A stretch of DNA of 64,000 nucleotides, from assembly GCA_963813155.1 (NCBI GenBank), contig CAWEYG010000003.1, forward strand, positions 64,001-128,000, in the 5' to 3' direction. The first letter of the stretch is position 1. Each line of letters begins with the position of its first letter. Shown in pieces: positions 30,969 through 39,037 of the stretch. Position numbers and translations under genes: made by a program. Below the pieces are notes generated by a model. It searched no databases and was not told the origin of the DNA. It worked only from the letters and a program-made list of their open reading frames with translations. Source of the DNA: an uncultured Acidobacteriota bacterium. Lineage in GTDB: Bacteria; Acidobacteriota; Thermoanaerobaculia; UBA5066; DATFVB01.

Positions 30969-31775
30969 CTAGGCGATGACGACGCCGGCGTATCCGACGA
31001 CGGAGCTCGCGTCGCCGGTCTGGGCGCCGCTGTCGGAGAGCGCGACGACTTCGGCCGAGAGGCCGCCGCGGCGGGCGGCTGCGAAGAGGAGCGCCGTTGC
31101 CGGAAGGAATCCGCACATCGTGATGTCTTCCGAGAGGACCGTGCGGAAGAGGCCCTCGGCGTCGATCGCCCCGATCCGCGCGAGCGCAAGCGCGTTCTTG
31201 CGGTTTCCGATTTCACGGCTTTCATAGTGGTTCATGTCGGACGAGGCGATCAGTTGCATTGGCTCGCCGGACTCCGCGGCGATTTCCGCAAAGGCCTCGC
31301 CGATCTCGCGGCACAGCGGCAGGGAAGGATCTCCGATCGAGATCGGCACGATGGATGCGTCGGGCCGGCAGACCTGCAGAAAGGGGAGCTGCACCTCCAG
31401 CGAGTGTTCGCGGAGATGCGCGCCCGCGTCCTCCCGGAGAGAGGGGCAGCGGTCGAGGAATCGGCTCGCGAGCTGGCGGTCCACGGCCACCGGTCCGAGC
31501 GGAGTCTTCCAGGAGTCGTTCGGGTCGAGCGCCGCGGAGGCGCCGAGGCCCGTGTGGTTCGGGCAGAGGACCACGAGGCTTCGGGCGAGAGCGAGGCGCG
31601 CATAGACCTCGCCCGCCACTTCGCCCGAGTAGACGTAGCCCGCGTGCGGAACGATTGCCCCGAAGGCCGCGCGCTGCTCGCGCTTCGGCAGAAGGCGGCG
31701 AACTTCCGCTTCGAGGGCCCTCGGAGAGGACGGGTAAAACGCGCCAGCGACGGCGGGAGGCCGGATCGAGGGCAC
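30969..31775 (-). CDS. AmmeMemoRadiSam system protein B (MEMO1 family)
   Basis: IRPPAVAGAFYP, PHAGYVYSG, EHSLEVQLPFL, ASSDMNH, TMCG and VVGYAG motifs. Confidence 0.93.
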   Translation of the reverse strand: MPSIRPPAVAGAFYPSSPRALEAEVRRLLPKREQRAAFGAIVPHAGYVYSGEVAGEVYARLALARSLVVLCPNHTGLGASAALDPNDSWKTPLGPVAVDRQLASRFLDRCPSLREDAGAHLREHSLEVQLPFLQVCRPDASIVPISIGDPSLPLCREIGEAFAEIAAESGEPMQLIASSDMNHYESREIGNRKNALALARIGAIDAEGLFRTVLSEDITMCGFLPATALLFAAARRGGLSAEVVALSDSGAQTGDASSVVGYAGVVIA

Positions 31776-31785
31776 GAACCGCCCT

Positions 31786-32631
31786 TCAGTTCACGAGCAC
31801 GGTCGCGCGGGCCGTCTTTCCGCCGAGAGTCCCGGAAACGACGGCGGTGCCCTTCGCGATCGCCGTGACCTTGCCTTCGCCGGAAATCTTCACGAGGTCG
31901 GGGTTCAACGTCGCAAACTGGGCGCCGGCGTCGGGAATCAGGAGCCCTTTCTCGTCGTAGGCGACGGCGGTGAACCGCTGTGTCTCGTTCACTTTCAGGA
32001 TCGCCGTCTCCGGGCGGAGCTCCAGGCGCGAGATCGTCTTGTTCTGGACCTGGACCTCCGACTCCGAGAGGAGGTCTCCGATCTTCGCGAGGATCATGGT
32101 CTTGCCGGGCAGGTATGACGTGACCGTCCCGTCGGGTGAGACCTTCGCAATTCGCGAGTCCTCCGAAGACCACGCCACCGGGGGCACGCTCGCCGGGGAG
32201 CCGTCGATGGCTTTCCCGGCGACATCGAGCCTTGCGGACGTGCCGGGCGGACCGAGGAGCTTGAGCGATGCCGGCGACACGAGGATCTCGGAGAGATCGA
32301 CGACCTCGACGCCGATCGCGCTCGAGATCTTTCCGCACGAGACCGTCAGGCGTGCGCGCCCGGGTTTTCTCGGAGCGACGTGGCCCGAACCGGTCGCCTC
32401 GACGATCGACGTGTCCGAGGACGCCCAGGCGAGCGTCTGGTCCTGCATCTCCCGTCCCTTGCCGTCCAGGACCCGCACGGCGACGTCTTTCGAGTGCGCG
32501 GTTCCGTAGAACACGACCTTGGCGGGAGTCACCTCGAGCGTCGCGGGCTTTCGCGCGCACGCCGCGAACGGGGCGGATGCGGCGGCGATGAGGAGTAACC
32601 GAAAGGCCCGGCCGTGGCGAGAGCGGTGCAT
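31786..32631 (-). CDS. Lipoprotein with three Big_2 (intimin-type Ig) repeats
   Basis: FAAC lipobox; repeats WASSDTSIV, WSSEDSRIAKVSPDG and NPDLVKISGEG; GGAGGGG RBS. Confidence 0.8.
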   Translation of the reverse strand: MHRSRHGRAFRLLLIAAASAPFAACARKPATLEVTPAKVVFYGTAHSKDVAVRVLDGKGREMQDQTLAWASSDTSIVEATGSGHVAPRKPGRARLTVSCGKISSAIGVEVVDLSEILVSPASLKLLGPPGTSARLDVAGKAIDGSPASVPPVAWSSEDSRIAKVSPDGTVTSYLPGKTMILAKIGDLLSESEVQVQNKTISRLELRPETAILKVNETQRFTAVAYDEKGLLIPDAGAQFATLNPDLVKISGEGKVTAIAKGTAVVSGTLGGKTARATVLVN

Positions 32632-32698
32632 TCCCCCTCCAAGTTTTCGAGAGGATAACATGGGGGGAGAGGCCTCGGTCCCGCAATAGAATGTTCGC

Positions 32699-34309
32699 GT
32701 GCTCAGGCTGCTCGTCTGGTCCGTCCTCGCCGCCGGAAGCGCGGCGGGAGTGCCGGTGCCGGTGCGAGTCGGAACCGTCCGAATCGAGAGCAACAACGTC
32801 TTCAGCCCGGAGGAGGCCGCGAAGGGATGGTTCTATCGTCTCGCGGACCGGATCCACATCGAGACGAAGGACGGGTTCCTGCGCAAGCAGCTTCTCTTCC
32901 GAGAGGGCGATGTGCTCGACATCGCGAAGCTCGCCGAAACGGAGCGCAATCTTCGCGCCCTTCCGTTCATCAAGAGCGCGAGCGTCGTCGCGTCCGCTCC
33001 GGTGGACGGCGTGAGCGACGTCCTCGTCGTGACGCAGGACGCCTGGACGACTCAACCCGGCGGATCGTTCGGCTCGAAAGGCGGAAAAACGACCTACAGC
33101 GTCGAGTTCCAGGAAACCGACGCGCTCGGGTGGGGAAAGTCCATCTCCCTTTCGTATGACCAGGGGAGCGAACGGACCACCCGCTCGATCCTCTACCAGG
33201 ATCCCTATCTCTTCGCGCCCTTCTGGAAAGGGAAGCTCCTGTACGCGGACAACTCCGACGGGCGGCAGCGCGCGGTCGAGCTGTCCCGCCCGTTCTATTC
33301 GTTTCAGGCCCCGTGGAGCGCCGATCTGTCGCTCGAGCACGTCGCGGAGCGGGAGAAGCTCTACGAGGACGGAGAGACGTTCTCGACGTACAGCCACGAG
33401 CATCGCGATCGCCTCTATTCGTACGGACGGGCGATCGACGCGAGCGAAAGCGAAGCGCGGCGGTGGACGGCCGGCGTGGAGGTGCTGGATGACGATTTCA
33501 AGCCGATCGAAGGGGACGCTGCCCCGATCGTCCCCGACCGGCGGAGCTTCCGGTACGTCTACGCGACCTACGAAGCGGTCGGAAACGCGTTTTCGACGCT
33601 CAACTACATCAACCGCGACTCTCGCTACGAGGACTTCAACCTGGCGCCGCGCGTATTCGTGAAGGCTGCGTATTCGCCCACGTGGCTCGGCGCTCGGGCG
33701 AGCAGCACGTTCTTCGAGGTGGACGCTTCGGGTGGCCATTCGTTCGGCGACGACTCGTTCGCCCAGGCCGAAGTGGACGCTCAGAGCCGGTTTCAGTCGG
33801 GCGTGCAGAACGGGATCGTGTCGGCGTTCGTCGGATACGCAAGGCGATTCCGCGACGTCTCTCCGCTGCAGACGTTCGTCGCGCGGGCCCAGTACGACCA
33901 GGGTTGGCATCTCGACCGGGACGTTCAGTTCGCCGCGGACGGGTTGACGGGTCTTCGAGGCTACCGGCTCCATTCCTGGGAAGGGGACCGGCGCTTCATC
34001 GCGAATTTCGAGCAGAGATTCTTCTCGGAGAGGGAGTTCCTGCAGCTCGTTTCTCCCGGAGCCGTCGTGTTCTTCGACACGGGCGCGGCAGTTCCTCACG
34101 GAACGCCGCTCTGGTCCTCCTCCCAGTTCCACAGCGACGTCGGGGTCGGGCTTCGCCTCGCGATCGCGAGAGCGGGAGGCAACAACATCCTTCGGATCGA
34201 CCTCGCGTACCCGTTCGAGAAGGATCCGCGCGGGCGCCACGGCCTGCTCGTCTCGTTTTCGTCGTCTCAGGCCTTCTCCTTTCGGAGGAGCAGTCCTTCG
34301 GGGGACTGA
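32699..34309 (+). CDS. Omp85 (BamA/TamA-like) protein with one POTRA domain
   Basis: LLFREGD..ETERNLR POTRA, LRGY loop-6 motif, DVGVGLR and RIDLAYP. Confidence 0.8.
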   Translation: MLRLLVWSVLAAGSAAGVPVPVRVGTVRIESNNVFSPEEAAKGWFYRLADRIHIETKDGFLRKQLLFREGDVLDIAKLAETERNLRALPFIKSASVVASAPVDGVSDVLVVTQDAWTTQPGGSFGSKGGKTTYSVEFQETDALGWGKSISLSYDQGSERTTRSILYQDPYLFAPFWKGKLLYADNSDGRQRAVELSRPFYSFQAPWSADLSLEHVAEREKLYEDGETFSTYSHEHRDRLYSYGRAIDASESEARRWTAGVEVLDDDFKPIEGDAAPIVPDRRSFRYVYATYEAVGNAFSTLNYINRDSRYEDFNLAPRVFVKAAYSPTWLGARASSTFFEVDASGGHSFGDDSFAQAEVDAQSRFQSGVQNGIVSAFVGYARRFRDVSPLQTFVARAQYDQGWHLDRDVQFAADGLTGLRGYRLHSWEGDRRFIANFEQRFFSEREFLQLVSPGAVVFFDTGAAVPHGTPLWSSSQFHSDVGVGLRLAIARAGGNNILRIDLAYPFEKDPRGRHGLLVSFSSSQAFSFRRSSPSGD

Positions 34310-34319
34310 GGAGGAAATT

Positions 34320-35567
34320 TTGCAGCGATGGACCGGCCTGGCGGGGATTGCGGCGCTGCTCGGCATCGCGATCCTGTTTTCGAAGGACCGAAGGAGGATC
34401 CGGTGGTACACGGTGATCGCGGGTCTCGGCCTTCAAATCGCGCTGGCGTTCCTCGTTCTCGCCTGGGAGCCGGGAAAGATCGTCCTGGAGCGCCTCTCGC
34501 TCGCCGTCACCCGCGCGGTGTCGTACTCGGACGAGGGAGCGAAATTCCTGTTCGGCTGGCTCGCCGAGCCGATGGACACGCTCGGCCAGGCAACGCACCT
34601 GCCCCTCCGCGGTTTCGTTTTCGCCTTCAAAGTCCTTCCCCTGATCATTTTCATCTGCTCGTTCTTCATGATCCTTTACCACTTCGGGGTGATGCAGAGG
34701 GTCGTGCGGGTCATGGCCGTCGTCATGCAGAAGCTCCTGGGGGTCTCGGGAGCGGAATCGCTCTGCGTCGCGGCCAGCGTTTTCATCGGGCAGACCGAAG
34801 CGCCCGTCCTGATCGCGCCGTACGTCCCCGAGATGACGATGTCGGAAATGCTCACGATGATGACGGGGGGAATGGCCCACGTCTCGGGGGCGGTCCTCCT
34901 CGCCTACGTCGCGATGGGGATTCCCGCGAAGTACCTGATCACCGCGTCGGTCATGGCGGCTCCGGGAACGATCCTCGTTTCGAAGATCCTCTGGCCGGAA
35001 ACCGATGTTCCGAAGACGTACGGCCGTGTCACGCTCCGCGTGGAGAAAACGCACGCGAATTTCATCGACGCCGCGGCTTCCGGCGCTTCGCAGGGGATGA
35101 GCCTCGCCCTGAACATCGCCGCGATGCTCATCGCGTTCATCGCGCTCGTCGCGCTGCTGAACGGGTTTCTCGGCTGGGCTGGGCACTTCTTCGGGCACCC
35201 GGAGTTTTCGCTTCAGACCCTGTTCGCCGCCGGACTCGGCTGGCTCACGGTCCTGATGGGAGTTCCCCGCGCCGATTCCGGGACGGTCGCGGACCTGATC
35301 GCCAACAAGACCGTGATCAACGAATTCTTCGCATACGCGAAGATGTCGCAGGTCCAGGCGGGCCTGTCGGAGAAGGCGCGCCTGATCGCCTCGTTCGCGC
35401 TGTGCGGATTCGCGAATTTCTCCTCGATCGGGATCCAGATCGGCGGTATCGGAGGCCTCGCGCCTTCCCGGAAGGGGGACCTCGCGCGGCTCGGGTTTCG
35501 GGCGCTGCTCGCGGGGTCGCTCACGAGCTTCGTGACGGCGGCCCTGGCGGGCATCATTGCGGGGTGA
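34320..35567 (+). CDS. nupC: Concentrative nucleoside transporter (CNT/NupC family)
   Basis: FAFKVLP, FIGQTEAP, NEFFAY and LCGFANFSSIGIQIGG motifs. Confidence 0.93.
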   Translation: MQRWTGLAGIAALLGIAILFSKDRRRIRWYTVIAGLGLQIALAFLVLAWEPGKIVLERLSLAVTRAVSYSDEGAKFLFGWLAEPMDTLGQATHLPLRGFVFAFKVLPLIIFICSFFMILYHFGVMQRVVRVMAVVMQKLLGVSGAESLCVAASVFIGQTEAPVLIAPYVPEMTMSEMLTMMTGGMAHVSGAVLLAYVAMGIPAKYLITASVMAAPGTILVSKILWPETDVPKTYGRVTLRVEKTHANFIDAAASGASQGMSLALNIAAMLIAFIALVALLNGFLGWAGHFFGHPEFSLQTLFAAGLGWLTVLMGVPRADSGTVADLIANKTVINEFFAYAKMSQVQAGLSEKARLIASFALCGFANFSSIGIQIGGIGGLAPSRKGDLARLGFRALLAGSLTSFVTAALAGIIAG

Positions 35568-35570
35568 GGG

Positions 35571-36380
35571 GTGAATCGAAGGAAGGTCGACCTCGGCGGA
35601 TCCCGGATCGGGATCGTTCTGGGGTCGGGTCTCGGAGAATTCGCGCAGAGCCTCGAGGATCGTTCGGCCATTCCGTACGCGAAGCTTCGCGGGTTTCCGC
35701 CGGCGGGAGTCGTCGGGCATCGCGGGGAGCTCGTTCTCGGGAAGGCCGGCGGCGTTCGCGTCGCCGTGCTCTCGGGCCGGGCCCACTATTACGAAGGGCT
35801 CCCGATGGCGGACGTCGTTTCCGCCGTCCGGGAGCTCGCGCGAGCCGGCGCGAAAGCGGTGATTCTCACGAACGCCGCCGGGGGAATCCGGCGGTCGTTT
35901 CGCCCGGGGGACCTCATGCTCGTCGCGGATCATCTCAACGGGTTCGGAACGAACCCGTTGATCGGGGCCAACGACGACGCGCTCGGCCCGAGATTCCCGG
36001 ACATGTCCGAGGTGTACGACGCGGAATTCCGGCGGTTCGCGCGCGCGGCCGCCCGTCGACTGCGAATCCCTCTCCGGCAGGGCGTGTACGTCGGCCTGCA
36101 CGGCCCTTCGTACGAGACTCCCGCCGAAATCCGGATGTGGAGAAGGCTCGGCGCGGACGCGGTCGGGATGTCCACCGTCCCGGAGGCGATCGCGCTTCGG
36201 CACGCGGGAGTTCGCGTCGTCGCGATCTCGACGATCACGAACATGGCGGCGGGGGTCGTTCGCAAGCCCGTGGTCCACGAGGAGGTGCTCGAGACGGGCA
36301 GGAGCGTCGCCCGGCGGCTCGGGAAGCTTCTCACGTCGCTCGTTCGCTCGATCGACTCCTCCCTCGGCGGCGCGCCATGA
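35571..36380 (+). CDS. punA: Purine nucleoside phosphorylase (trimeric type)
   Basis: VLGSGLG, GRAHYYEG, GPSYETPAE and GADAVGMSTVPE motifs. Confidence 0.92.
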   Translation: MNRRKVDLGGSRIGIVLGSGLGEFAQSLEDRSAIPYAKLRGFPPAGVVGHRGELVLGKAGGVRVAVLSGRAHYYEGLPMADVVSAVRELARAGAKAVILTNAAGGIRRSFRPGDLMLVADHLNGFGTNPLIGANDDALGPRFPDMSEVYDAEFRRFARAAARRLRIPLRQGVYVGLHGPSYETPAEIRMWRRLGADAVGMSTVPEAIALRHAGVRVVAISTITNMAAGVVRKPVVHEEVLETGRSVARRLGKLLTSLVRSIDSSLGGAP

Positions 36381-37789
36381 AGCGCTCTTTCCGGGCGTTC
36401 CTGCCGATATTTATCGCGGCGGCGGCCGAGCTCGGCGGCGCCGGGATCCGCCGCGAGACCCGCGCGCGCAAGTGCGACCTGACGGTGCTCGGGGGGACGG
36501 TCGTGACGGTCGATTCGGCAGATCGCGTCTACGCGCCGGGCGGAATCGCGATCGGCGGCGGACGCATCCTCGCGGTCGGGCCGTCGGAGGAGATTCGTTC
36601 GCGGTTCGCGGGACGCGAAGTGGTCTCCGCGGCGGGGGAGATCGTTCTGCCCGGACTGGTCAACACGCACACGCACGCCGCGATGACCCTGCTGCGCGGG
36701 ATCGGCGCCGACCTGTCTCTCGCGGACTGGCTCACGCAAAAGATCTTCCCGGCCGAAGCGAAGAACGTCTCTCCCGCGTTCGTCCGCGACGGAACGAAGC
36801 TCGCCTGCCTCGAGATGATCGAGGGAGGAACGACGACGTTCGCCGACATGTACTACTTCGAGTCCGACGCGGCGGAAGCGACGCACGCCGCGGGGCTTCG
36901 CGCCGTTCTCGGCGAGACGTTCATCGATTTTCCCGCTCCGGATCACAAGGACCTCGCGGAGACCCTGCGGGTCGCGGAGGCATTCATCCGAAAATGGAAG
37001 GGCGATCCCCTGATCACGCCGGCTGTCGCTCCCCATGCGCCCTACACGTGCTCGAAAGAAACGCTCCTGGCGGCGCGGAGTCTGGCGGAGGCGTACGGGG
37101 TTCCGATCGAGATTCACCTGTCCGAGACGAAAAAGGAAGTCGAAGAAGCGAAGTCGAAAGGGAACGCGAGCCCGATCGCGTATCTGGAATCGATCGGGTT
37201 CTTCGGCGTCCGGCCGACGGTGGCCGCGCACGTCGTCTGGCCGGAGCCCGGCGACGCGGAAATTCTGAAACTGCGCGGGGTCGCGGTCTCGCACAATCCC
37301 GAGTCGAACATGAAGCTCGCGTCGGGCATCGCGCCGATCGTCGCGTTCGAGCGCGCCGGGGTTCTCTGGTCCCTCGGAACCGACGGCGCGGCCTCCAACG
37401 ACGACCTCTCGATGTTCGAAGCCATGGATTTCGCGGGCAAGCTCGCGAAGGTCTCGACGCTCGATCCGACCGCTCTTCCGGCGCGCCGGGTCGTCCGGGC
37501 CGCGACGGCCGGGGGAGCCAAGGCGCTCGGCCTGGAGAACAAGGTCGGGTCCCTCGAGCCGGGAAAGGAGGCCGACTTCATCCTCGTCGATGCCGGCCGC
37601 GCCCACTCCGTGCCGGGCGACGACCCTTTCGCGCTGCTCGTTTCGTCCCTGAAGGCGGGCGACGTGACCGACGTCTGGGTGGCTGGCCGGCGCCTTCTCC
37701 GGCGAGGGCGGGTGACCTCTCTAAATGGCGCGTCAATTCGGCATTCGGCGGCCGAATGGCGGCGAAAGATCGAGAGAAGCCTGCCCTAG
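36377..37789 (+). CDS. Amidohydrolase, MTA/SAH (adenosine) deaminase-like
   Basis: NTHTH, PHAPYT, IHLSET, HNPESNMKLASG and LGTDGAASN motifs. Confidence 0.88.
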   Translation: MKRSFRAFLPIFIAAAAELGGAGIRRETRARKCDLTVLGGTVVTVDSADRVYAPGGIAIGGGRILAVGPSEEIRSRFAGREVVSAAGEIVLPGLVNTHTHAAMTLLRGIGADLSLADWLTQKIFPAEAKNVSPAFVRDGTKLACLEMIEGGTTTFADMYYFESDAAEATHAAGLRAVLGETFIDFPAPDHKDLAETLRVAEAFIRKWKGDPLITPAVAPHAPYTCSKETLLAARSLAEAYGVPIEIHLSETKKEVEEAKSKGNASPIAYLESIGFFGVRPTVAAHVVWPEPGDAEILKLRGVAVSHNPESNMKLASGIAPIVAFERAGVLWSLGTDGAASNDDLSMFEAMDFAGKLAKVSTLDPTALPARRVVRAATAGGAKALGLENKVGSLEPGKEADFILVDAGRAHSVPGDDPFALLVSSLKAGDVTDVWVAGRRLLRRGRVTSLNGASIRHSAAEWRRKIERSLP

Positions 37790-37851
37790 GTCGGGTCCGA
37801 CTACCTCCTTTATTGCCAATTCTTTTCTTCCTTTTTCGCCGCACGCGAGGC

Positions 37852-37875
37852 TATAATTTTTGCAGTTCACGGAGG
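37852..37875 (+). promoter_or_regulatory. -10 element and RBS of the DGQHR gene
   Basis: TATAAT at 37852-37857 in an AT-rich gap; GGAGG at 37871-37875. Confidence 0.55.
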
Positions 37876-37879
37876 ATGA

Positions 37880-39010
37880 ATGAACTCAGTAGCCGCGCTC
37901 CGGCTCAATCAATTTGGGGTCCATTTTTACGAAGTGCTGCTCACGGGTGTCGATGTGCAGAAAATCGTTCAATTTGAAGTACTTAACTTCGGTCCGGACG
38001 GCGAAAGGACGATCGGTTCCGCCAAAAGGCGACACAGTGGCATGGTCAACTGGGAATTCCTGGAAAAGAAGATCTCCGCCTCCGGGGAGGCCTTCCAGCG
38101 GCCGATCATCGAAAAGAAAATCAACGAGCTCGTCGCGTACTACCTGCAGTGCGCGGACTCGGGAACGCTTCCGGCGATTCCCGGGAGCGTGCTGCTCGTG
38201 AGCGACCGGCGCCTCGAGTTCAAACCGATGCGGGAAAAGTCGGACTTCGGAACGATCGCGCTTCCGGAAGAAGCGGGAATCATGCGAGCGCTCGACGGCC
38301 AGCACCGCCTCCTCGCCCTCCACCAGCTCGCGGAGAAGCACAACCTGACCGATTTCCAGGTGCCAGCCGTCGTGTTCGACACCCTCACTCCCGATCAGGT
38401 CGTGGAGCTCTTCGTGACGATCAACAGCAAGCATACGAAGTTGAATCCGTCGCACCTGATTTCCCTGTCCGGCCGGCGCCTCTACCGCGACGAGAACCTG
38501 GCCGCCGCGCACGACGTCATCCGGGCTCTGAACGAGGACGAGCATTCGCCCTTGCGCGGGCAGATCAAGGTGCTCGGCGTCGGCAAGGGAACCGTGACCC
38601 AGGCATCGCTCGCCGACGAGATCCGGGACGTCTTCGCGGCGATGGCGGCCGCGGGCCCTCGCACCTCGAAGGAATTCCGGGAGAACGCGAAGCGGTTCTT
38701 CCTGAATTATTTCAAGGCCCTCGAGAAGGTCTTTCCGAAGGCGTTTTCCTCGCGGAAGTATTCGATCCGCACGGGCCTCGCCCTTCGCGCGTTTCTTCGT
38801 GTTTCGCCGCACGTGATCGCCATGATCCGTCACCGGGGCGGAGATCTCTGGTCCGCGGGAGAGCTCCACGCGGCGCTGCTTCCGTGGGCGGAGTCCGTCG
38901 GCGACGCGCGCTTCGAGACCGAGCACAGCTGGAAGCAGCGAATGACCGGCGGAACGCGCTCGACCGTCGAGGTCCTCGTCCGCGAGCTCAAGCAGGGCCT
39001 GCTCGCCTAG
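37880..39010 (+). CDS. DGQHR-domain protein (DndB/DpdB-related, ParB-like fold)
   Basis: FQR, LDGQHR and FVTIN motifs in the canonical order. Confidence 0.88.
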   Translation: MNSVAALRLNQFGVHFYEVLLTGVDVQKIVQFEVLNFGPDGERTIGSAKRRHSGMVNWEFLEKKISASGEAFQRPIIEKKINELVAYYLQCADSGTLPAIPGSVLLVSDRRLEFKPMREKSDFGTIALPEEAGIMRALDGQHRLLALHQLAEKHNLTDFQVPAVVFDTLTPDQVVELFVTINSKHTKLNPSHLISLSGRRLYRDENLAAAHDVIRALNEDEHSPLRGQIKVLGVGKGTVTQASLADEIRDVFAAMAAAGPRTSKEFRENAKRFFLNYFKALEKVFPKAFSSRKYSIRTGLALRAFLRVSPHVIAMIRHRGGDLWSAGELHAALLPWAESVGDARFETEHSWKQRMTGGTRSTVEVLVRELKQGLLA

Positions 39011-39037
39011 CGCGACGCGAGCCATGCTCCTCCGACC

